Origin: the human T2T-CHM13v2.0 reference genome, Homo sapiens
Length of the DNA stretch: 64,000 bases
Reading direction: 5' to 3' (one strand)
Assembly: GCF_009914755.1 (NCBI RefSeq)
Contig: NC_060947.1
The position numbers and the translations under genes were made by a program. Below are positions 26,660-38,383 of the stretch, piece by piece (positions within the stretch are counted from its first letter, which is position 1; every line of letters starts with the position of its first letter). The notes beneath the pieces were generated by a model that searched no databases, was not told the DNA's origin, and saw only the letters and a list, made by a program, of their open reading frames with translations.

Positions 26660-27141
26660 GAGGGAGCATTAAAATGAAAAATGGTCATGCTGGCAGCTCT
26701 GCTGTGAGGGGGAATGAAAAGTGAGAAACCACACCTGCAAGACAATAAGGGCTCCAGAACAAACTGTAAGAAACCAAACCATAATTGCAGACTATTAAAG
26801 CTCAAAGTCTTGAACACCAGCTCCTTCAGACCCATAGTTTCTTGAGAAAAGCACAGACAAGCTGATCTAACACTAACAACAGGAACTCTGCAGAGATCCT
26901 ATATTATAAAAATAAGTTCACTGACTATCTAACTACTCCTTTCTTTTCAGATTTGGTCCAGTTTCTGCCAATACCATCCTGTTAATAACTTCAGCCTCCA
27001 AAATTCCCTAAGCACCCCCTTCCAAACTCCTTTGAGGCACCTCAGTTCCCCTGGTATGCATTCTCCCTTGCTGGAAGCAGCAAGCTAATAAACCTGACTA
27101 CAGCTGTGCTCCTGGTAGTGTTTGGTTGGCTGTCTTTAACA
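26660..27141 (+). mobile_element. Possible old ERV1-type LTR (MER90/MER110-like)
   Basis: 3' end 'ttctcccttgctg...caagctaataaacctgactacagctgtgctcctggtagtgtttggttggctgtctttaaca' resembles this LTR group. The 5' boundary is uncertain. Confidence 0.4.
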
Positions 27142-27987
27142 CCTTTGTTAACACAAAGGAAGAAGCCCTCTAACACAAAGTGATCTTCCAATCATTCTTC
27201 CCTATCATGTATAGAGGGTATACAGAGAAATATATATATACACATATATATAAAATTCAAGTGCATTCCATACTCCTATATTGACTACTACTAACACTAT
27301 TCTATGGTACTGATTTCATTGATGCTATGTTGGTGATTATATGTTTGTATACATGATCCAAATTAGCATAGGTATATGCTTTTTATGGAAATGTGAGTTT
27401 GACCACATTCAATAATATTATGAGTCTATTAATATTGAGTCAGACTCTGTGTACTCAACAATGACTAATCCATCATTTTTCAGAAGTCATTTAAGTATTT
27501 AGAGATCTATAACTCTGCAGTGCTTTGCATGAGAAATGTGCACTCTCTTTGCCTTACCTCACTAGACAGTCACCGATAGAGAACTTCAGTGTCTAGCCCT
27601 GTCACTTCGACATCTTTCCTCAGAGCTAAATTTACTTTCAGTAATAAAGATGCATGAAATAATTTTTCAAACTTTATATATTAGATCTTTGTCTCTATTT
27701 GTCTGTCCATACACATAAACACTCTGTCTCTACACACACACACACTTTTTTTTTCCTTAGAAAAGTAACCCCTTTTAGTATATTTTTGCTAACTGAATAC
27801 ACTAGTGAGAAGTTGCCTTTTAATTATTTGTCTCCCATAAGCAAGCAGCCATGGCCTTCTTAATTCATTTTGATAGAATATTGGAATGCTGGAACTATAA
27901 GTGATATTAGTGATTGTAACAGCCAGGGTTCTCCAGAAAAACAGAACATAATAGGACACACGCACACATACACACACGTGCACACAC

Positions 27988-28312
27988 CAGCCTATTCAAA
28001 GTGAAGCGTGAAGATGACAAGGCTAAATATGACTTACATCCACCTAATGAATAGCAAATATATTTTCTCTTTCTGATGATTTTCTTAACAACATGTTATT
28101 TTCTCTGGCTTACTTTATTGTAAGAATACAGTATAATACATGTAACCTACAAAAATATGTATTAATTGCCTATTTATGTTATCCATAAGGCTGCTTCCAG
28201 TTAACAGTAGGCTATTAGTAATTAAGTTTTGAGGAAGTCAAGAGTTACACATAGCTTTTCAACTGTATGGAGAGGTTGGTCCCTCTAACTCTCACATTGT
28301 TCAATGGTCTGC
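27988..28312 (+). mobile_element. Tigger2/MER28 DNA transposon fragment
   Basis: 'ttactttattgtaagaatacagtat...aacagtaggctattagtaattaagtttt...ttgttcaatggtctgct' matches the recalled Tigger2 terminus. Confidence 0.8.
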
Positions 28313-28346
28313 TATATATACATATATAGTCTCTTCACTTTAAGGA

Positions 28347-28646
28347 TTTTTTCTCTTTTTTTTGAGATGAAGTCTTGCTCTCTCATACAGGCTGGAGTGC
28401 AGTGGCGTGATCTCAGCTCACTGCAACCTCCTGCTTCCCGAGTTCAAGTGTTTCTCCTGCCTCAGCCTCCCAAGCAGCTGGATTACAGGCGTGCACCACT
28501 ACGCCCAGCTAATTTTTGTAGTTTTAGTAGAGACGGGAGTTTTGCCATGTTGGCCAGGATGGTCTCGAACCCCTGACCTCAAGTGATGTGCCCACCTTGG
28601 TCTCCCAAAGTGCTGGGATTACAAGTGTGAGCCACCACACCTGGCC
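28347..28646 (-). mobile_element. Alu SINE (AluSx/Sz-like)
   Basis: Full antisense dimer. TSD cactttaagga (28336-28346 / 28647-28657). Confidence 0.95.
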
Positions 28647-29889
28647 CACTTTAAGGAATTTTTTTAAAGAAATAAGTTCATAGGATTGCAAGGGCTGGCT
28701 AGTCCTGAATCTGTAGTGCAGGCCCCAGGCCGGAAATTCAAGGAGGAATTAATGTTGCAGCCTTGAGGTAGAATTTCTTCTTCTTTGGAAAACTTCAATT
28801 TCTGTTCTTAAGGCCTTCGACTGATTGTATAAGGCCCACGCACATTTTCAAGGGTCAACTCCTTTAAAGTCAACTAATTATAGATGTTAGTCAACATCTG
28901 TAAAATACTTTCACAGCAACTCCTAAGTAGTGTTTGATTAAATAAAGGGGTACTATAGCCTGGAGAAGTTGACACATAACACTAACTACTGTAGAGATCA
29001 TCTAAACAAACTCAATTAATTTTATACATGGCTAGTCACCTAACTAATACATTTATGGAATACTAGAACGCCTAAATCTATTCATACTAGACTGAGAGTT
29101 CTCACCAATCAAAAACCTTGATATATACCACTGTATTTGTAAACAGACAACAGTTCCTAAGTATTTGCTGTTCATGGAATTTCTTATGCTTGTGATTAAT
29201 GTGGAAAGAGTATCCTGAGATTGTTAGGAGCACTTTATTAAAGGATATATTACATGGATCAACCAACTGCTATTACCAGGATACGCATAGTAAATTTACT
29301 GATGCATTTGTAAGTCTTAAGAATGGAATGAAAATATTTGAAACACATACAAATATTGTTGAGCTGTTTTATAAATTGGGTGACTAAAGACCACTAAGTT
29401 ACTTTTTATTTTACCTCCAACTTGCAATTATACTTTAATAAAACTGTCTAATAGTTTATATATAAAATAAATTTTGCTTAACTCACATTTACTTACTTCA
29501 CAAATCAGGTAATATTAAGATGTGTCATTTATAAGAATTTGCATTTTTCTTTACTCAGAATGCTTACAGGCTTCCAGTGAGATTGTATCATAAATTAGTT
29601 TCTAAATAATGCTAAAAAATTCATTGGAAAATATTTTTTATAATGGAAAGTGGGATTTCTAATTAGATCATTTGGCTTTGTTACAAAATGTGTAGTTTTT
29701 AAAATCAAGGATATATTGCTGTGAGATTCTCAATATTCACCTTTTTGAAAAACTAGAATATCTGTAAATGAACTAGATATTGGATAAAAAGCATAACATG
29801 ACATAATCTTTTAGGTCATAGGAGAAGTCCAAACATTTCATTAGTGACTTCATCATTTAGTCAGAAAAGAAGACTTTGGTTTCCTTAAA

Positions 29890-31110
29890 ATTTTTGGTAA
29901 AATATCAGCAACAATTCAAAAAATTACTCAATATGTAACAAAACAAAAGAAAAAAGACAAAAATGCCAAGTTAAAAAAAACAGTGGGCAAAGAATACAAA
30001 CAAGGAAATTCGAAACAAGAAATGTGAACTCCTAATAGAATATAAAACAAGTTTAATTGTACTAGGATTAATACTATAAAAATTAAAATTAGATATTTTC
30101 AGCCTACTAAATTGTGAAGTAGTAAAAGTACTAACTTTAGTGTTGGTGGGATATATACCTTCTGTACTACTGTTGGTTATAGACATTTGTAATTTCTTCC
30201 AGTAGGTCAATTTGGAAATCTTTATAAAAAAAAAAATCTTGGAAAAAATGCATCCTTTTCATCTCAGTCCATTTTCTATTACTTATAACAGAATATCTGA
30301 AACTTGATAATTTATAAAGAAAATGAATGTATTTCTTACAATTCTGAAGATTGAGATGTCGAAAGTGAGAGCCTTCTTGCTGGTAGGGACTCTACAGAGT
30401 TTTCTGAAGTCGTGCTGGGTATCACAAAGTGAGGTGGCTAAGTGTGCTAGCATGCCAACTCAGATCTCTCTTTCCCTCCTTATAAAGACACTAGTTCCCC
30501 TCCCATGACAACACATTAATCCATTAACCCATTAATCCATGAATATATTAATCCATTAATCTGTCTTCATGACTCACTCACCTGTTAAAGGTCCAAGTCT
30601 CAATACTACCACGTTGAAGATTAAGTTTCAGCATGAGTTTTTGGAGGATACATTCAAACCATATCATTCTTTTTCTTAGTAATTTAATTCCTAGGAATTT
30701 ATCTTAAGGATATTATTGAATAAGTGGACAAGAATGGATGTAGTAAGATATTCATGTTTGTAATAATTATAAATTAATATAAAAAGGAAAATTGCTCTAT
30801 AAGTTACAGTTTATTCATGCAATGAAATACTCTGCAGCCTTTAAAATGTTGTACATGAATATTTAATGATGAAAAGTCAGGTTATTTAAAAAGTATACAT
30901 AGCATACATAATATGATTCCAGTTTTTAAAAGTATGACGGTATACACTGAAAAATGTCTGGAAATGCAAAAAGCAAAGTCTTAGTAGTTGATTTGGACAG
31001 TGGGATGACCATCGTTGTTTCCTTCTTTTGGCTTACTTTCATTTTATGTACCTTGAATAACATGAGTTTTCTTCTAATAGGAAAAATAATGAGTTATTTT
31101 TAATTTAAAA
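29890..31110 (+). mobile_element. Ancient L1ME-like remnant interrupted by an MST LTR
   Basis: Degenerate L1 3' landmarks ('aaaacagtgggcaaagaatacaaac', 'ctaggaatttatcttaagga', 'atgaaatactctgcagcctttaaaa'). Confidence 0.55.
30260..30666 (-). mobile_element. ERVL-MaLR solo LTR (MSTC-like)
   Basis: 'tctcagtccattttctatt...ccattaacccattaatccatgaat...cattcaaaccatatca'. Confidence 0.82.
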
Positions 31111-31182
31111 AGAAAAAGATGTGCCCAATAAAAAAAGATGTTACTAAACAGTAGATGTTTACTTTCCAAACCAGAGACATGC

Positions 31183-31555
31183 TGCTATGAACTGAATTGC
31201 ACCCCCCAAGCCCTGTCAATTCCTGCATTGAAGCCCTAACCCCCAATGTGACTATATTTGAGGATACAGCTTTTAGAATGTCATTAAGGTTAAACTAAGT
31301 CATAAAGATGGAGTCCTAATTTGATTAGATTGGTGGTCTCATAAGAAGAGGAGGACAGAGAGATCTTTCTTTATCTGCACAGGCTGAGGAAAGTCCCTGT
31401 GAGCACACAGTGCAAAGATGGCTGTCCATAAGCCAGAATACACTGGCACCCTGATCTCAAACTTCCCAGCTTCCAAAACTGAGAAAATAAACTTTACTTG
31501 TTTAATTCACCCAGTCTATGGTATTTTGTTCTGGCAGCCCTTGCCGACTAAGACA
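31183..31555 (+). mobile_element. ERVL-MaLR solo LTR (MLT1B-like)
   Basis: 'tgctatgaactgaattg...gactaagaca'. TSD catgc / catga. Confidence 0.85.
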
Positions 31556-33879
31556 CATGATTTCAGTCATAAATTTTACCCTGCCTGCTCCCTAAAAGAT
31601 TTAAATTGGCTAAAATTGGGCTACCATTAATAAATTCTGTTAAGCCAGGGGAATGAACTTAGTCTAGACTCTGAAGAGGATGTTGTCTTTGGAAGAGCTG
31701 CAAGGCTGGTATGAAGATGATGGTGGAAGCAGTATAAGCAATGGCATGAAAGTGGGGCAATATGAGGCATGGCCAGGGGATAAGATGCAGACCAAGGAAA
31801 GATGACCAGATGGTTGGGTTCTCATTCTCATGAAATATCCTTTCAAAATGGTTACCAAACTTTCACAAATTGACAAAGAGAAGCTGTCAGGTACTATAAT
31901 ATCCTTTGATATATTTGTATTTTCAGACCTAGGTCATTCTGCCAACGCAGTGAAGGATGACAAGGAAAGAGAAAAGTTAGAGGCAAAACCAATCTCATGT
32001 GATTTCAGCCACTGATTTAAAGAAAGAAAAAAAACCCTTTCAATCAGAAAATTTTTAAAGATAACTTTAAAATAGCCCTTGAAACAGATGAATTAAATGT
32101 TTTCTCACTATGTTATGGCATATTGTATATATGCAACAAATATTTTCTCATAAGTTTCCCCATGCTTCTTTAATACAACCCTGCCCTAATTATTTTTTTG
32201 GTCACCCATTAATTTGGAGGAAATTCTTAGGTGTCTGTTTTTGAAGTCATCTCTTCATGCACCCAAATTGTTCTGACAGCATCAGTCTATGCTTTTTAAA
32301 ACTGATATCCACTTAAATTCTCTACTGTTTCATGACCAGCTTGTTCTATGCTCCTTCCAGGAAGCAATGGAATCTCTATCCTAGCATCTACAAAACCCCA
32401 TGTACATCTACCGTGCAATATAATAACAATGATAATATAAATATTTGGCTGAAGCGGAGATAAGTGAGGCAGAACCCATGAATGTCTCAATTGCCACTTT
32501 GATATGCTGTCTCTGTCTATCTTGAGTCACTGTCCTGCATAAAGTGTTGAAAGTGTAATTAAAAGATTGGCATAATAGTTCTAATTAGCAAGACGTCGTG
32601 CAAGAAGAAATTAATTTTAAAGTTGTGATAACAAGCTCATTGGCCTCCTATGTATGTTAGATTTGGTGGGATGCTTATAGAGGCCATGTCAATGTGACTA
32701 ATTGGCTGTGGGACTGATGCAATTGGTTAAACTGATTCTCTACAGGTTGTCTCAACTGCTTATGAGTTCTGGATTCAGATGTTATGGGTCCTTGGAACTA
32801 AGGTGCTGCAGTGAGCTAGACTGCTGTCCTGTAATCTATATGAGTCATATAACTGAGAATTGTTTTTAATCTTCTTCCATTCCTCTAACCCCATCATCAC
32901 TGTACTACTTGCAAATCCTCCAGTCATCTGAATGCTATTACAGAGCCAACTAAATGGAGAGGATTCATTTAACTGACACAAAAGAGCTCTGAGAGTCTCC
33001 TTTCCCCAACCTCATTCTGCCTAAATTACCACATGATGAACATGCATTTATTTTTGTAATAATAATTAGCATTATTGCAGTTCATATTTTCCAAGAGCAG
33101 TAATATTTCATTTTTAAATCTCCATGGCTTTATGAGTTAGGTCAGTGTTTTTTCTGTATAACAAATTTGGAAACTGAGGCATCATGGGGTTAAAATGCAA
33201 ATGACTTACTCATAGTCACAGTGCCGGGATTAAAGCCCAGGAGAAATGACCCAATTCTGGGTTCAGACCAATGAGCAACACTCCTTCCTCACCTGAGTTT
33301 TGGGGTTTATATTAATTTTAGCTTATAATAGTGTGACTGCTACCTAAAAGCAATTTTCTATAGATCTGAGAAAGTTTCATATCCATCATGCTAAGCAACA
33401 TTCTAAAATCATTTCTACCTTTTTAACTTTGTAATTTATCTTTAAATGCCCATATGCACCCAAGGCACATACATCTAGGAATTGCTAACATGTACCACAA
33501 TATTTTTATTGCACATTTTGAACAAAAGAATTAGCTAAAAAATTAGATAAAATGAAATCAAATTGGAAAGAGAAAAAAACAACACAAATCTTTCCTTACA
33601 ATTTAGTCAAACTGAAGGCTACTATAGACATGAAAATATGCTATAACTTAGAAAACCTTAAATTCTTTTGATAAATACCTCTCTGTTATTCCCTAATTTC
33701 TTCAGAAGGGCCCCTACCAAATCTTAAATGTTCATATTTTTGTCGATGTAATATAATTTCCCCGTTTTAATAAGTGGTGTGTTATATTTTTATTGAACTT
33801 ATTTTCTGACTACCGTTTTCAGTTCCAAATGGTCCTGATGTTCTTTGGAAGAGTGTCCAAAGAAAACAAACTTTTTTTT

Positions 33880-33881
<2 letters not shown>

Positions 33882-33919
<38 letters not shown>

Positions 33920-34020
33920 ATATATATATATAGATAGAGAGAGAGAGAGATAGATAGGTAGATATACACACACACAATATACACACACATACATATACAT
34001 GCACATATATATTTATATAT
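33882..34020. repeat. Compound microsatellite (CT)n/(TA)n/(GA)n/(CA)n at an L1 tail
   Basis: Seen directly. Confidence 0.9.
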
Positions 34021-34332
34021 AGTTAATTGACAAGATAAAATTGCATACATTTATGGTTTACAACATATTTTGATCTATACATTGTGGAAGGACAAAATCA
34101 AGCTACTTACCATATGCATTACCTCACATACTGTCATTTATTTTTTGTGGTGAGAACACTTAAAATCTACTCTCTTAGCAATTTTCAAGAACACAATATA
34201 TTGTTATTAATTATAATCACCATATTGTATAATAGATCTCTTGAATTTACTCTTCCTAACTGAAATTTCATATCCTTTGACCATCTCTCCAACCCTCCCC
34301 CTGCTTTCAGCCCCAGGTAACTAACAACTATT

Positions 34333-35272
34333 CTTTTTTTTTTTTTTTTTTTTTTTACTTTAAGTTCTGGGATACATGTGCAGAGCATGCAGGTTTGTTA
34401 CATAGGTATACATGTGCCATGCTGGTTTGCTGCACCCATCAACCCATCATCTACTTTAGGTATTTCTCCTAATGCTATCCCTCCCCTTGCCTGGCACCCT
34501 CTGACAGGCCCCGGTGTGTGATGTTCCCCTCCCTGTGCCCATGTGTTTTCATTGTTCAACTCCCACTTATGAGTGAGAACATGCAGTGATTGGTTTTCTG
34601 TTCCTGTGTTAGTTTGCTGCGAATGATGGGTTTCCAGCTTCATCCATGTCCCTGAAAGGACATGAACTCATCCTCTTTTATGGCTGCATAGTATTTCCTG
34701 GTGTATATGTGCCACATTTTCTTCATCCAGTGTAACACTGATAGGCATTTGGGTTGGTTCCAAGTCTTTGCTATTGTGAACAGTGCTGCAATAAACATAT
34801 GTGTGCATGTGTCTTTATAGTAGAATGACTTATAATCCTTTGGGTATATACCCAGTAATGGGATTGCTTGGTCAAACGGTATTTCTGGTTCGAGATCCTT
34901 GAGGAATCTCCACACTGTCTTCCACAATGGCTGAACTAATTTACACTCCCACCAACAGTGTAAAAGCATTACTATTTCTCCACATCCTCTCCAGCATCCA
35001 TTGTTTCCTGACTTTTTAATGATCACCATTCTAACTGGTGTGAGATGGTATCTCATTGTGGTTGTGATTTGCATTTCTCTAATGACTAGTGATGATGAAC
35101 TTTTTTTCATATGTTTGATGGCCACATAAATGTCTTCTTTTGAGAAATGTCTGTTCATATCCTTTGCCCACTTTTTGATGGGGTTGTTTTTTTCTTGTAA
35201 ATTTATTTAAGTTCCTTGTAGATTCTGGGTATTAGCCCTTTGTCAGACGGATACATTGCAAAATTTTCTCCC
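34333..35272 (-). mobile_element. 5'-truncated L1PA7-type element (~940 bp)
   Basis: Poly(T), 3'UTR and ORF2 C-terminus (ORF 34640..35158). TSD actattct on both sides. Confidence 0.95.
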
Positions 35273-35442
35273 ACTATTCTACTCTGCTTCTGTTAATTCT
35301 ACTTCTTTAGGTTCCACATTTAAGTGAGATCATGTGGTACTTGTCTTTCTGTGCCTGGCTTATTTCACTTAGCATGATGTCCTCTAGATTCACTCATGTT
35401 GTCACTAATGACAGAATTTCCTTCGTTATAATGGCTGAATAG

Positions 35443-36380
35443 CTCTTTCCCATCTTGCATGATGGCAGGTGAAAAAGTTGACAAGCCAGATACTAAGGAG
35501 AAGAAACCCAAAGCTAAGAAGTCTGACGCTGGTAGCAAGGTGAAAAAGGGTACCCTCAAGGCTAAAAAGCCCAAGAGGAGAAAGCCCCATTGCAGCTGAA
35601 ACTCTGTCCTTGTCAAAGGAATTGCCAGATATTCCCAATCTGCTATGTATTCCAGAAAGGCCATGTACAAGAGGAAGTACTCTGCCGCTAAATCCAAGGT
35701 TGAAAAGAAAAAGGAGAAGGTTCTTGCAACTGTTGCAAAACCAATTGATGATAACAAGAATAGCAGTACCAGGTTGGTTAAACTTCTCAAAGGGCCTAGA
35801 TATTATCCTACTAAAGATATGACTCGAAAGATTTTGAGCCATGTCAAAAATCCCTTCAGTCAGCACGTGAGAAAACTGTGAGCCAGCATCACCCGTGGGA
35901 CCATTCTGATCATCCTCACTAGGTGCCACAGAGGCAACAGGGTGGTTTTCTTGAAGTAGCTGGCTAGTGACCTGTTACTTATGACTGGACCTCTGGTCCT
36001 CGATCGAGTTCCTCTACAAAGAGCACGTTGGAAATTTGTCATTGCCACCTCAACCAAAATTGATGTCAGCAATGTGAAAATCCAAAAACATCTTACTGAC
36101 ATTTACTTCAAGAAGAAGAAGCTACAGAAGCCCAGACACCAGGAAGGTGAGATCTTCAACACAGAAAGAGAGAAATACGAGATTACAGAGCAGTGCAAAG
36201 TTGATCGGAAAACTGTGGACTCAAAAATTTTACCAAACTCAAAGCTATTCCTCAGCTCCAGGGCTACCTGTGATCTGTGTTTGCCCTGATGAATGGAATT
36301 TATCCTCACTAATTAGTGTTCTAAATTCCTTAAGAAGAACCTAATGAAATAACTTACATATTTAAATAAATAAAAAATAA
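35443..36380 (+). pseudogene. RPL6: Processed pseudogene of 60S ribosomal protein L6 (eL6)
   Basis: 5'TOP start ctctttcccatcttgca; ATG at 35462 ([16 protein letters not shown]...); '[22 protein letters not shown]', '[11 protein letters not shown]', '[10 protein letters not shown]'; native stop at 36322-36324. Intronless, with A tail and TSD tggctgaatag / aggctgagtag. Premature stops (e.g. TGA 35597, TGA 35879) and a late frameshift. The RPL6P number cannot be determined here. Confidence 0.98.
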
Positions 36381-36650
36381 AGGCTGAGTAGTATTCCTTT
36401 GTGAAAACAGTCATTTTTTTAACCTTTACCTTCTGTGTGGACCGATAGCACTTACAATAGTATTGTCAGAAATCTTTCTTTATGGTTTGTTGTTCCAGGA
36501 GCCTTTACAATCTTGATTTATCATTTTTTCAGTAGAATATCATCAACTGTCCTATTCATCATAGTATAATATTCATGATTCAAGTTAATCTGTGACTATA
36601 GTGGTCTTTCAAGCTTATTTGTTTATTGTCTTATATCTCAGTTTGAGTAG

Positions 36651-36664
36651 GTTACTATGGCAAC
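36651..36664. promoter_or_regulatory. Candidate RFX X-box motif
   Basis: GTTACTATGGCAAC, one mismatch from GTTRCCATGGYAAC, in unique sequence. Motif match only. Confidence 0.4.
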
Positions 36665-37129
36665 AGGCACTATAGAAATGTACAAGATAAATAATGGATT
36701 ATGAATCTTCACAGGTGTCCAGCTAGGATATTTTTAATGAAAAGCCACTCTAAAATTGAAAGAATCTTTCTCATATATATGTTATCACCCACATGTTGAA
36801 ACCACTCATTGATAAACAGGTATGCCTATCACCAAAAAGCCAGGTGAGTTCTTCTCAATTTAGAAACACACTTTAGGAAGTTACTTTAGGTTTGCACTTA
36901 GCAAAATAATTAAACTAGTTTTACTTTATTTCTCTTAAAGTTGCCAAGCCTAAAAGCATCACAAACACTAAATGGGTTCATTGCTTTTCTTCATCCATCT
37001 TAGCTCAAATCAGATGTGGCTTAACATTTGCTCTATAACAAGCATTTGTATGTCTTGATGTACAAATTTCATAGGCAAATTTTAAAGGAACTTTGACAAA
37101 TGGCAATATCTGTAGATGGGTTGAAGCCC

Positions 37130-37460
37130 AGGAGTATGAGAAATCTGGAATTCATTTTGTGTACAGAATAGTTAAAGGAGCAGGGTGAAAAAAGACAACA
37201 GAGCACATGAGAGCTGCCTCCAGGGTTTGAAGATTCAGTGAAAGAGACAACTTATTCTGTAGCTCTCTGGAATGCAAAAATACAATCCAAGTGTAGCACT
37301 GAGAAGAGGTAGGTTTGGTTTCCACATACAAAGTGGCTGTGCAACGCCAAGAGCTCGTCGGTATAGAAACAACGGCCTCATGATGTAGTGAGCTCCCTGA
37401 GAGAATTCCTGGAGGGCGGGATGCTTGGAAAAGAAAGCTGCTAGGATCCCTTCAAATTCC
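37130..37460 (+). mobile_element. L3/CR1 remnant
   Basis: 'cttattctgtagctctctggaatgc...gtagtgagctccctg...gatcccttcaaattc' resembles a CR1 3' end. Confidence 0.5.
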
Positions 37461-37489
37461 GTTACATAATTCTTGGATAAGAATTGTGA

Positions 37490-37700
37490 ACATTTGGTGA
37501 GCTACCATATGTTTTACCTATTTTAGCTCATTTCATCCTCACAAGAATCTTATGAAGTAGATACTAGTATTACATAAACAAGGAAACTGAGTGGCAACAA
37601 CAAAATTCAATACTTTGTCCAAGGGCACTTGATAGGAATAGTAGATTTGGAATTCAAAACCAAATAATTTGATGCCACAGCCAAAGCTAACGACTATGCC
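37490..37700. mobile_element. MIR remnant
   Basis: 'tcatttcatcctcacaagaatcttatgaagtag...aggaaactgag...tttgtccaagggcac...ggaattcaaacc'. Confidence 0.7.
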
Positions 37701-37959
37701 ACAGAGCTCTTCAAACTGAGTGGCGCGTTGGTTCTGTATGACCCTAAATGTCTCCAAACAACCCTTCCGAAGTCTATGTCTATTAATAGTCTCATCTTTA
37801 GCAGTGATGCTACATATCACAAGTGTATGTGGTGTCTAAATTCAACTAGATAACTAGAAGTACAACTATTATCTTTGTGTGTTTGTGTGGGCATGTGTGT
37901 ATGTATGTATGTTAGGGAAGCAGTCTGAGAATATTTGGGCACTGAAAATGAGTTATCAT

Positions 37960-38180
37960 GTATTTGCACTTAAAGCTTCTGTCTTCTGTCCACTTCTCTA
38001 TCAACACTTTTTTATTGGGTGACTCATCTTGTCTCATGGCTTTACATGCTATCTACATATTGATTTCTCAAATTTAAATCTCCAGCCCTGACTCCCCAGC
38101 TTTGATCTCCAGATACATCTATATTCCTGCCTGCTTATCATGGATGTCCAATTTGGGATGCCCAAAGTACAATTCTTTCC
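37960..38180 (+). mobile_element. L2 remnant
   Basis: 'gggtgactcatcttgtctcatggctttac...aaatctccagccctgac...ctccagatacatctat'. Confidence 0.6.
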
Positions 38181-38383
38181 AAAAGCTTACCTATGTGTAT
38201 AGGCTTTTACCAGAAATAAATATTTTATCTCTCTTTTTAAATTGAGTTTTGCCTTTCCACATTATACTAATACATAATGAATATGATTTTACAAGTTCCA
38301 TTTTCATTTTCCAGGGCACAGTAACTCAAACCGTATTATCTGAAAGCTGTGTTCGATGTCAGTTATTTCAAATACTCTTTCCA

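Larger units (their letters stand above)
27915..28992 (-). mobile_element. ERVL LTR (MLT2-type) interrupted by Tigger2 and Alu
   Basis: 'cagggttctccagaaaaacagaac...' at 27924 and 'aaggccttcgactgattg...gttgacacataacactaac' at 28810-28990. Confidence 0.8.
34015..36402 (-). mobile_element. L1MA7/8-like 3' fragment hosting two later insertions
   Basis: Pieces 34015-34332, 35273-35442 and 36381-36402 join into a continuous L1MA 3' end ('gtggtgagaacacttaaaatctactctcttagcaatttt'; 'ggcttatttcacttagcatgatgtcctc'). Confidence 0.85.

Noticed and set aside
35365-36309. Minus-strand ORFs of 141, 167, 80 and 68 aa
   Set aside because: Antisense shadows of the RPL6 pseudogene.
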